A stretch of 64,000 bases of DNA from Trichoplax adhaerens (taxonomy: Eukaryota > Animalia > Placozoa). Both the position numbers and the translations under genes were made by a program. This document shows, piece after piece, positions 53,225 to 64,000 of this stretch. The first letter of the stretch is position 1. Every line of letters starts with the position of its first letter. The notes beneath the pieces were generated by a model, which worked only from the letters and a program-made list of their open reading frames with translations, did not search any database and was not told the DNA's origin. Where the stretch lies: the NCBI RefSeq assembly GCF_000150275.1, contig NW_002060962.1, forward strand, positions 62,001 through 126,000, read 5' to 3'.

Positions 53225-53800
53225 TTTCAAGGATAGTAGAAATTAGGATTGTATTTCCGAGATAAATTGTCGGAAAAGGATATTGTATCGAGCTCAAAAT
53301 AATCGTATCAAAATGATGGATGGTAGACGACTATTTATTTGGAAGGGAAGATCAAGCATAGTAGAAATCAGGATTGCACTCAACCAGCTGTATTTAGCCT
53401 GTATTTTATAGACAAACCGTCGGGAAAGGGATGTAAAACAACCGAGTGGAATGACGTATGGAGCTACACACATCTTTTTTACACATTACTGGCAAGGGAA
53501 AATCAAGGATAGTACAAAGAGGGCTTGTAGTGGACGAGCTGTATTTCATTAACTAACAGTCGCAAAGAGATACTCTGTACAGGTAGTAATAGCAATGTAA
53601 AAATGACTGACTGAATCAAGTGGAGCGTGGAGGTGGATGTATTTTTATTTTATCCATTGCTTCCAGCGCAAAATTAATGGCAGTGGAAATTTAAATTCCT
53701 GTTTAATAGCTGTACTTCATCAGTAAACAGCCAAAAATGCATACTCAACAGATCTAAAATACCAATAGAAAAATGGTTGACTCCAATTGAACGCGTAGTT
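53225..53800. repeat. Highly degenerate array, about 4 copies of 125-170 bp, upstream of SLC25A51
   Basis: TCAAGSATAGTASAAA..AGG..TTG at about 53227, 53352 and 53504, with a weaker copy near 53675. Each is followed by GCTGTATTT/AAAC.GTCGG.AAAGG elements. Confidence 0.6.
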
Positions 53801-54721
53801 ATAGCCTCCTGCAAGATGTACAAGTTCTTTTTTTTATACACTACTGTACATCACTTTGAAGGATTTAACGTTGAATTGGATAGCCATTCCTTTCAGTAAG
53901 ATTTACAGTTCATGAATCCGATTGAAGCAACTATCGCGTATGCATGCTATACATTGTAACTACATTGGAGCTTGAGAGTGATGTAGAGAGTTTGCAAGCT
54001 CATCTATTCGTACAAGGTATTCTATACCTGTGTATTCTACTGTAGATAGCAGCAACATGCAGTAGTGCAATTACAAACTGCTAGAGAAAAGATATTTCAA
54101 TTTTTGAACCTCTTTTTCCTCCTAATAGATTCTACCATGGAATGCAGAATAGCTCATCAAAAGCGTACGTGAAACTCCATTTTCAACATGATTGCAATGG
54201 ACTAAATATGTTTATATTCGTGATGATGGCATGGTCACCGGACACTGCCACTACCGTATTTACTTGGATATTGATTTTTTATTGATTGTAAATCACCATC
54301 TCACCGGGCACGCATTAATAAGTTGACAAATAAAATTTTGCTATTATGTCCATGCAACTTTACACCTTTGATCTGCTGACCTTGATAGAATAATAATCAA
54401 TATCCATCAACAATCATAGAAAAATAGAAAAATAACACGAAAGAAATGACTTGATGAAACCGCTTTACTACTGTAGACTGGACTTGATGCTTTTTGTTTA
54501 TCAATCTTGCTTAAGTAAACAATTTGATAAGCAGCACAAGAACATGCGGCAAAGGCGTGCTCAAAGCCAATCAGTGCTCTCTATTTCCACTCTCTCTCTA
54601 TGACGTAATTCCATCCAGCACAGATAAGAAAGTTAATCTAAAGTTAAATTAGTGAAGAGTTACCGCCCATTTTCTTGTCTTGGCTGGACATCACAAGATG
54701 CAAACTGTAAAAGGCGATTGC

Positions 54722-55480
54722 AAACACCGGCATGATCTAATGTCGATAAGAGATAACAATCAAAACTTGATTGGGATCTCTAGAGAATAGAGCTCTCACA
54801 GCAATCTTGCTACCTTTATTAACAAGCAAATATCAACGCCGCCGTATTGAGAGTTCACGTATAAATTTTTATTTCACCTTCTTGATGATTGCCATCGATG
54901 TTTACTTGCTCAATCAAGGATCTAAACACCGGCTATAGTACAGAAAGAACAACAATCAAAACTTGATTGCGACTCCTTCGGACTAGAGCTCTCACAGCAA
55001 TCTTACTACCTTTATTAACAAGCAAATATCAACGCCGCCGTATTGAGAATTCTCGTATAAATTTCTATTTCACCTTCTTGATGATTGCCATCGATGTTTA
55101 CTTGCTCAATCAAGGATCTAAACACCGGCTATGGTACAGAAAGAACAACAATCAAAACTTGATTGCGACTCCTTCGGACTAGAGCTATCACAGCAATCTT
55201 GCTAACAAGCAAAAATCAACGCCGTATCGAAAATATTTTATTTCACTTTTTTGATGATTGCTTTTAATGCTTGCCATGGGTGTTCACTTGTTCTATTAAA
55301 GATCGAAACACTGGCATGATCTAATATAGAAAAAAGGCAATAATCAAAACTTGATTACGACTACTAGGGACTGGAGCTCTCATAGCATTCTTGCTAACTA
55401 GTAAAAATTAACGCCATATCCAGAATATTTTATTTCACTTTCTTGATTAGTGCCATGGGTTTTCACTTGTTTAATCAAGG
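54722..55480. repeat. Tandem array, 4 copies of about 190-200 bp
   Basis: The unit AAACACCGGC...CAATCAAAACTTGATTGCGACT...AGAGCTCTCACAGCAATCTT...TCAACGCC...TTTATTTCAC...TTGATGATTG...TCAAGG starts at about 54722, 54923, 55120 and 55306. Copies 1 and 2 are nearly identical in their 3' part. Confidence 0.93.
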
Positions 55481-58345
55481 TTGCTACTGTAAATCATGCA
55501 ATGCGTGAAACAATTGGAGAAACCATCTGCTACTAACCAATATCGGTAGTACTAACCTTTTAGTGACCCATTTCCTTTCAATTTAGTATCCAAACGAAGT
55601 AAATAATTTGTTAAAAGCGATGAATTTAAGTGAAATTGAACTTAAGTAATGTAATAATATTTTAGTTATCGTGATTACTGCATATATGGTAAACGAGTTT
55701 TGATATCCTCTTATAGAGAAAACAGCAAGGTGATGCTGGTACTATCTTGTTTATCTCTGCTTTCTTCTAGCTGTCACCTTATTGATGTTGTTTCTATCAA
55801 TTAACCTGCAATAGCCGAAAGCCATTGAGCGTCTATAGAGAAAACAGCATCGTGCACGCCAGCAGACAGTAATTGATATTTATTGTACAGTATAAAGGCA
55901 TAAAGTCTACGCCAAGATTAGAATGATGGTATCGTTAGCAATAACACTTTTGCGTTTGCAGGAATTCATCAAAGCAATAATGATCGAGTCATAGCTCGAG
56001 GAAAGCAGGGATACAAGTGATTATACCGGCACGTACTATGCTATTTTCTATATGCAAAAAGGGTATCAAAGCTTGCTTGCAATGGAGCACAATTGCATCT
56101 CTAGAGGCGAGAGTACAATCGATAAGCAATAATCAGGTTTAGGCTGCTACAAGATATGAATGAATATGCCATACTTTAGCTAGATCAATTGATATTCAGT
56201 GCAAATAAACATCCTTGAGAATACTTATGAATATTATATGAGAGTATAATACTAGATGAAGCAATAACGCCAGCACGATTGACACAGTATGTAGTGATCC
56301 TGTTTTAATAAAAATACGTAAAACCTCTATTTTAAAACGCCTGGATTATATACCGCTACTAATAGTGAAAAGTGCGAATTTTGCTTGCCTACACCGAATG
56401 CAATGGCGATATTCATAGAATAAAGAGAGTCATGTCGAAATATGATTACGATAAATTCCATGCATCGAGTATATGCAACTACTTTTTAAATAAATTGATC
56501 AGCTTGTGAAGCAGTAAATCTACTAGTTCATGAATACACCTATTTTCGCTAGGCAAAAGTACATTCATCTTCATATCGGATTTGAGCGAATATTCGAGTT
56601 CTACATCTTCGTTCAAGCCTAAGGAAAACTAACGATACCACTCCTTAAGCAAGAAGAGTTCTTAGTTTACCATTATACTTGGTTTTACCGTTCATAAAAA
56701 TCTGGGATATGACTCATGCATCTATACAATCATTCCTGTTCTACAAGCAGAGCATCGTAATTGACAAGTAAGCAATTTATGATAAAACCATAGCTTCAAC
56801 ACACTATGACAATATTGAATTTAAAAAGGATAGTACGTCATAGTGATGGATTATTTACTGGAAGATATTGATAGAGCTGGAGAAAATCAATCTATGGATA
56901 GAATACTCGACCTAATTCGAAATACCTCCTACAGTACAATATTGTAGGTAGCAGTAGTATTGCAACATTATAAACCGGCATAGAAATATCGATTTGAACA
57001 ATATGCAAGTATTAAATTAGCGAAATATATAAATTTTACACAGACGAGCTACGTTAACCGCATGTAGATTAGCATCTGCAGGTCACGAAGGATTGTAGCC
57101 AAATTAGCTAAATAAAATGACCCCTGTACTAATGTCAAAAACATATGTTCAAAGTCTATACGTGTATTTGCGTTTTATCTATTAATTATCTTCTGACTAG
57201 ATACCGGCATTTTAAATCACTACCGGTAGTTAACCTGTCCATATCCGCCTTTACAATGTATACTAGTCCACAATTTAATTTAAGTACGCTAAAATTATGG
57301 ATGATTTATGAAGAGTAATCTATTTCACATTAGTTCTTGCTAAAACACAAGGCTCAAGTGTAAGGGTTATATAAGACATACTTGCATGCTATCGAACAAG
57401 GACTAAATCTATTATCGATATTCAATCTATGGTTGAAAGAAAGATCATGAAAAATGAACTCATTTTTGTATTTAACAAATAATCTACGTCTCTATTATGA
57501 TGATGATTATTATTTTTATAATCCATGCACTGTAACGCAGGTAAAATGAAAATTCTATCAAGCAAACTTACCATTCAACTTTAGTACTTTATTTTTAAGT
57601 TTAAGTGAAAGTAAATCATGCTGTCAACATTACAGTAAGATTTTGATATGATAAAAATTGCCAAGATTCTTTTAGTAAACATTGATACTAACAGTGAATT
57701 ACAGCGACAGAAGCGATTTAATTAGGGGGAAGAAAATCAATCGCTTTGTCAGAATTCCTCCGTAGCGATAATATATATGTTAACAAGTTTATTTCTATGC
57801 CACAGTAGAGAATTTTAAAGTGTCTTTGTCAAGAAGTACAAGTAGACCTTAATTCAATTGAATTATTCTTAGAGTCTACGTAGTGATTAGTTAATCTAAT
57901 CTTAACTTGGTTTATATCTTATGAATATAGCTGTTGATTGTAGCTGTAACGAGATCAAGAATCTGAGATTTTGAGCTTTCCTTTCCTTTAGTCTACTTTA
58001 TTTGGAAGCCCATGCCAAGCGCGATATCATACACACGTTAACGAGACATGAGAACTGTGACAACAAATCAGCTCTAGTACCAACATAACTTTAATACCAT
58101 ATCCTAATGCACGTGAACATTTGTAGCATGTGATCTTAATCTAGTACAGTAGATAAGGTTTAGATAAGCCGTAAATAGTACGATATCTAGGATTCCCCAC
58201 GTTCTATGGCGCGTACACAACAAGGTAACAAGCAGTAGTTTACGGGACAAGCGATGACTCTAAAGTTAAAATGCTAATTTTCAATCTAATTTACAAGATA
58301 ATATACTAGGTCAACGAGGGTAATCATAATTTAGCAAGCATTAAT

Positions 58346-61300
58346 TTAGTGTACAGCCGTATAAGATGAAACTGTGCCAATGACAACAGCTCTCTGTCCT
58401 AAGCTGCCTTCAGTGGTTGGCATATCATGGTAAGCGCCACCATCCTTAATATCGCCAACAGTAGTTGAATCAACTTCTTTCTCCCATATTACTACGTCGT
58501 CTAACATAGATAAAAAGACACATGCTATTATTATGATTTATACATCAACTATTATTAAGTATTGGTGCTATTGATATCGAGACTATCGCGAATCGATCGT
58601 GAAGTAAATGCAGTAGTGTAATGAAAGTTAATTTTTAGAATTCTCCTTCTAATTTTAGTAACTATTGTAAGTTTAAAAGCAACTTAATTTGGTACTACGG
58701 TAGATTCTACCTAGTATTTTAGTATATCGTAAACCCCGACCATTTTATTCGGTTTAAGAATTTAATGACATACGATAACTTGATTTTGTTTAAGAGTTGT
58801 ACAATGTGAGATTGTAAACTTAGCTACGGTATATATTTAGATAGCACACAGCAATCCTGATTAAAAACTAGCCGGTAATTTTGATTAGAACTTACATTAG
58901 AAACGATATTACTTTATGATAAAATACAGTAGAAACCCGAACGTTCTAAATAGGGTTTTAATTTAAGAGTAATGATCTTTTATGATGTTTTATAGTTACA
59001 TTTTGTATACTGCAAAAAATACTTTTTGTACAGTAGTTAAATTACGATTAACTATTATTAATTTAGTCATTTGGGAATCTAAGGTATAATTTGCTTTGTC
59101 ATATGTGTTTAATTGCTAGTTTAATTTGAATTACTTTAGAATGGTAAGACAGTAGTCTGATACTACCTACTGCTCTGCGTAGTAAATAAAAGGTGACATA
59201 GTTCAGTAGTTTAGTAGTTCAAGATAGAGAAGGTGAAGTTAAGGACTTTCTGAATTCGTAAGTAAACCGTAATTTACGCTGGTAGTTTGATTGATGAAGG
59301 CAGTAATTCTGTCCTTTTGTAATTATCAAGTACAGTTTAATATGATTTTTAGACATTTATTATAATAAACTGGTATTTTCCCCAAATTTCGTTGTATTGG
59401 AATTAAAAAGTTGGTAGTTTTACTCTAAATTTTCGTCTACTATTACTGTAGCATGTATGCCTACGGTTCTTTTCCTTATCTATCTACCTACTATTATTTT
59501 TAGATAACGAATACTAGTATTAGATTATTTTGATTAATATCATGTTATTTTTCTATAAATAGGTATAATTAGTAAACAATGGAGCAGTATTTTGTGCTTC
59601 CATTACCTGAATTATCACTAATATCATTACTGCCATTTGCAAATCAGTTCGGTAGCTGCTAGATATGCACTAACAATAATTTTACCTTATATCGTGCAAA
59701 GTATCAACTACAGTACAGGAATAGATAGTAGAAGAATATTTCAGTCTGATATGAAAGTATCAGTATCATTGTCGCTATTATTTAGTAAGGTAGTCATTCA
59801 GGAAAGCTGCAATTAGCAAGGCATAGACAATAGAAGAGTAATTATCTGCGATGTCAGTAAAGATATCAAATCGCCGCCTTATTTTTAACAATCAATTAAT
59901 TAGGAAGCTATAATTAGCAAAGAATAGACAGTAAAATAGAATTTATCTAACTTTGATGTCAGTGAAGGTGTTAATATCATAACCATTATATTTAGCAATC
60001 GGCTAGAAAGTTGTAATTAGCAAAGAATAGATATCACCGATGTCAGTAGAGATATCAGTATCATCATCGCGATCATTAAGTAATCGATTACAAAAGTTGT
60101 AGATGGAGAAGGCTGTTTATGTTTAGCAATGACGAAGGTATCAGTATTACCGTTGTTTTCATTTAGCAGTCAGTTAGAAAGCTATAATTGGCTAGAAATA
60201 CGATACTAGAAGAGTGCGTCGTATTTATCTTAAATGTTAGCGCAAGTGTTAGTACGATCATCGTATCATTTAGATATCAGTAAGAAAGCTGCAATTGTCG
60301 AGGAATAAACAGTAAAAGAGCATTTATCTACCTCCGATGTCAGTGGAAGCATCAGTAATGTATCATTATTGTTATCATATAGCAATCAGTTAGAAAGCTG
60401 CAATTGGCAATAAATAGGCAATAGAGTATTTATGCCTGATATTTACGAAGGTATCAGTATCATTATCGTTCTCATTTGTCAATTCGAAAACCTACTATTA
60501 GCACGTAATACTTCACTAAGTGCGACTTAGAGCTATAAAGTACGTATTAGCTGAGGTAGTAAGATCATCAAATCATTAGTTGCATATCACCATCACTTAT
60601 CATTTTGCTATCAATTCGACTAGCTGCATTGCCAGAAGGTAAAATAGATTATTAAAGAAATAAGTATCAGTGCTTATTATTTTGACTCGTCCAGTCATCA
60701 TCACTACTATTCTACTCATAAGAATACTATGACATAATTTCTAGCATTTATACACTATATAATAATCCGTATTCAGTCTTTACTCCACGATCCATTCACC
60801 CTCCCTTCTAATGATCAAGCGACATGTATACTTTCCGAAGAAACTTCTAAATAGAGTTTCTTATTAACTATACAAAAATCAAAAAATTATAGCATTCTCT
60901 CACCAATTAAAAGATCTACATCCTGACTTGAGCTTAAGTCCGGCGCCTTGCCAATAATTAATGCTGAATTACTGTCAGCAACATTAGTAGTACTGCCACA
61001 GCTTATAGCAGGAAAAAGGCTTGCAGTACCATCCTTATAGATTTTAAGATCTAATTCAAGAAAAGAATATCAACCGTAAGATTGTTTTAGCAGTAATTCA
61101 TAACAATTTTTAGGCCAACCAATAAATTAGTAGTGAGTAAGAATAAAGATTCTAACAGACTACTTATAGAGGATTAGTATCTCCTATATCTAAATCATAA
61201 TACTGCAAGCTGTAAAAAATACATATTAGGAATTGCACTTTTCAAAAATTGAAATCTAATCGCTGCTGTCGTTTATCGAACGTTATGTTTACGTACCATT

Positions 61301-63838
61301 TGTGGCGCTGTAGGTAACAGCAATATGAGTCCAAGAAGTAAATGTACCTAAGACAAAGACTGCACGACAAGAGTCCTTCAATTGGTATATAACCTCTACT
61401 TTTTGCGAACCTGAGACTGGCTTAACATATTTAATGTCAAAGCCACGATCAGTAGCCGTTGGACTTGCATAAACATGACTGGAGAGTAAATGTTGTGGAG
61501 TGACAGTTGCATCAACTACTTTAAACCAAAATAGTGCTGAAAACCCGTTACTGCATTCGTCCGGATCGACAACACATTTACCAGGGTGTGAACCTAAAAG
61601 AAATTACACTATTATTTTTGTCGTTTTTTTACCCTTCTAGTAAATAGAAATGGAACATAGACCCAAGTTAAGTATCGTGATATCATTTTAAATTAAAACC
61701 TCTGATTATTTAACCGAAGATTTCAGATCAATTGACGATTGGTCTGATGCATTTCTTTCTAGTCGTCATAAAGTTACCATAGATTAAGTGTACAAACCTA
61801 AGTCAGCATAAGCATAAGTAGTCTGTAATCGGAGTGCATTGAGTGTATTGCCAGCATCTAATCCAAATTTGAAATTGGTGTGAGAATTATCAGGGCCTGT
61901 TATTTCTGTAGTTCCTACAATAATTTCATCAACTGCATTAATTTCATCCATGGGCCATGAGTACGGTGTTTCATCTAAAGATCATTAGAATAATTGATAT
62001 TAATTTTATTTCAATAATGCTCGTATTTTTATTATTTAAGTTCTAGACAAGTAAGTAGAATACTATCAAAAGATGACGATGAGTTCCCGCACCATATATT
62101 AAATATAGAATGCCATCCGCTAAATATTTATATTAATTTTCTTTTATTAATTTATTATTCTTATTTTAAGAATTCCAGAAAAGCAAGTAGAAGGATATCA
62201 AAAGTGACAATGAATTGTCATATATAAATTAATGAATGCTTATTTTCTTTATTATATTTTGACATTGACTTTATTTCACTACTATAGTATTCTTGTTGTA
62301 CGAATTTTAAACGGGCAAATGGAAAACTATCAAAAAGTAACAATGAATTACTGTATCGTATATAAAATATTTATTGCTTATATTCTTCTTTGTAGTATCG
62401 TTATGATCGCGAAATAACTATTAAGCATTAACTTTAATTCGATTTAATTCGTAAGATATTGTATATCAGCAATATAAAATCTTGTTATGTTAAATTAAGC
62501 GAACTTATTATCAAGTAATACTACCATAACATCGATAAGAGATGGTTAAAGCTTTTGCACTCATTCCATCTGCTATGTATTCATGTTAACAACTACTTGA
62601 CTCACCGTAACAGCCATACATCAAATTGATCTGGGTATAATCTAGAAAGCTACCACCAGTACGTTGGCCGAGACTTGCAGTTGAAACATTTGGATTTATT
62701 ACTGTAGACACACCATCGGTGCTATAGTCAATTTTGCCATAGTGCATAACGGATTGATAGTCATATTCAATTCCAAATGGGTCTGCATGTTGATTAGCAT
62801 GTATATCAAAGTGGACTAAATTGGCTAAAGAAGCAATAAATGATCAAAATGGTGAATGAAATTGCATATCATGAGCTAATATTCCTGTGTTAACTGCATA
62901 AGCTCTATGAAACGCGAACTACTGTTCTAAAATGCATTCCTAATTTTAATTTAGTAAAGTTATGGTATCGTCAAATTCTCTTTCTTTATACTAAAAAATA
63001 TGGTCTATTCGATTAATTGTATCGCATAGGAGACGAAAATTACTATAGTACTATGGGGTCTTTATTTCAGTAACCGTGGATTAAACTTAATTATGATGCA
63101 ATCTTTGAGAAATACTTTGCTCCACATTCGCGTTATGTTAGAATAAGCACACTATAACGTAAAATGGAAGTAATTATAATTTCCGTATGATTTATCATTA
63201 ATACGATATTCCAAGATTAAATTTAGTACATACTTTATGATTATTTATATAGTACTAGAAGAAAATCATCTCAGAATATAACATAAATAATCCATATTTC
63301 CATATTCTTTATTATGCTTAAGATTTCAGGGTTTTTTAATAATGCATATTTTATGCTGTAGTCACATTATGCTAGACGAAAATCATCTCATAACGTAAAA
63401 TGAAAATAATGCCAACTCCCGCACTGTTTATCATACTTGAAGATTCCAAGACTTAATGTATATTTTCCATTTATATTGCGTTAGAAAGGACTTATACGCA
63501 ATATAGAATACAAATAATTTTAATTTCTGCCCGTTATATTTACAGATCTACTATCAATAGGTATCGTTGCTGATAAATTATCGTTAAAAATAATTTATAT
63601 GAATTCGGTAACAAGATTGCAAAGTGAGAAAATCACATTACTAATATATTCAACTTACTTGAATCTACTTTGGTAGTATCAACTGATACATAAGAATTGC
63701 GGTCTAATCGAGAATGAGTATGGTGCAATCCCAAAGCGTGGAAGAGCTCGTGAATGATAATTCCTTCGGTGTCGACACAAAAATTATCTAACGACAACAG
63801 TTGTGCTCCACCATGTTTTCCGATAGATGATGAACATC
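58346..63838 (-). CDS. Astacin-family (M12A) zinc metalloprotease with a C-terminal LamG/pentraxin-like domain; 5' exons lie beyond the window
   Basis: Exon about 63838-63659: CSSSIGKHGGAQLLSL...IIIHELFHALGLHHTHSRLDR. Exon about 62824-62606: EYDYQSVMHYG...LGQRTGGSFLDYTQINLMYGC (Met-turn). Later exons give SWPMDE...YADLG/SHPGKCVVDPDECSNGFSALFWFK...WTHIAVTY/DLKIYKDG...LIIGK/IDDVVIWEKE...TAVH*, with the stop at 58346. Confidence 0.88.
58617..58945. repeat. Dispersed ~320-bp repeat, copy B (last astacin intron)
   Basis: Homologous to 11807-12126, in the same orientation. Confidence 0.8.
59700..60500. repeat. Degenerate ~100-110 bp tandem array (about 7-8 copies) in an astacin intron
   Basis: GAAAGCTGCAATTAGCAA.GAATAGACA.TA...GATGTCAGT.AAG.TATCAGTATCAT recurs at about 59802, 59904, 60006, 60177, 60284 and 60392. 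Confidence 0.85.
63120..63530. repeat. Degenerate ~120-bp array (3-4 copies) in an astacin intron
   Basis: Recurring CTAGA.GAAAATCATCTCA, ATAACGTAAAATG.AA.TAAT and ATTCCAAGA elements. Confidence 0.65.
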
Positions 63839-64000
63839 TAAAAACAGATCAAATTAATTTAAGGAATAAGGAAAGGGAACTAATACAAGGAAGAAAACAC
63901 CTTGATTGAATGCTACAGTGGTGAATTTCCTTTTATCACTAGAGAGTTAATTTATTGTAAAAAATTGATAGCGGCACCGATACTAATTCGCACAGTTATA

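Noticed and set aside
54967-55182. 71-aa ORF
   Set aside because: It lies within a repeat unit, and the equivalent frame is interrupted in neighbouring copies.
55711-56020. Imperfect hairpin and a short signal-peptide-like or neuropeptide-like ORF
   Set aside because: The pairing is weak, the ORF stops after 23 codons, and no consistent splice path or repeated cleavage sites are present.
63770-63790. Apparent frameshift in the astacin zinc-binding exon
   Set aside because: Recounting the A run (five A) keeps the frame open: LSLDNFCVDTEG.
1-64000. rRNA, tRNA, snRNA genes or transposase/reverse transcriptase ORFs
   Set aside because: None were recognised by eye. A tRNAscan-SE or Infernal run would be needed to exclude small RNAs such as intronic snoRNAs.

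Overview
This window is eukaryotic DNA, not prokaryotic. It is AT-rich and gene-dense, with many short (about 70-100 nt) GT-AG introns, and the proteins are animal-type. The compact layout resembles a placozoan (Trichoplax-like) genome, which is an inference. I reconstructed ten protein-coding genes by hand-splicing exons: TUBGCP5 (-, runs off the left edge), EXOSC6/MTR3 (+), an NADPH-dependent FMN/quinone reductase (-), a DCDC2-like tandem doublecortin protein (+), MCM9 (-), a secreted S28 serine peptidase (PRSS16-like, +), a CREBL2/REPTOR-BP-like bZIP (-), SPEF1 (+), SLC25A51-like mitochondrial carrier (-), and an astacin metalloprotease fused to a LamG/pentraxin-like domain (-, runs off the right edge). 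Non-coding DNA holds about nine tandem arrays or duplications (units of 55-260 bp) and one ~320-bp dispersed repeat found in two introns 47 kb apart. The most interesting signals are: (i) pervasive TACAGTA/TACTGTA motifs and (CAGTA)n runs that match Tc1/mariner excision footprints, including a TA-to-TACAGTA indel between two duplicate copies; (ii) the astacin-LamG architecture with a Glu-to-Thr change in the family signature; (iii) an Nrf2-type ARE upstream of the quinone reductase; (iv) RFX X-boxes upstream of both ciliary genes; (v) candidate U12-type and GC-AG introns; and (vi) a tandem array filling the MCM9/PRSS16 bidirectional promoter. I found no CRISPR array, rRNA, tRNA or transposase. 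Exon coordinates were read by eye and may be off by a few nucleotides.
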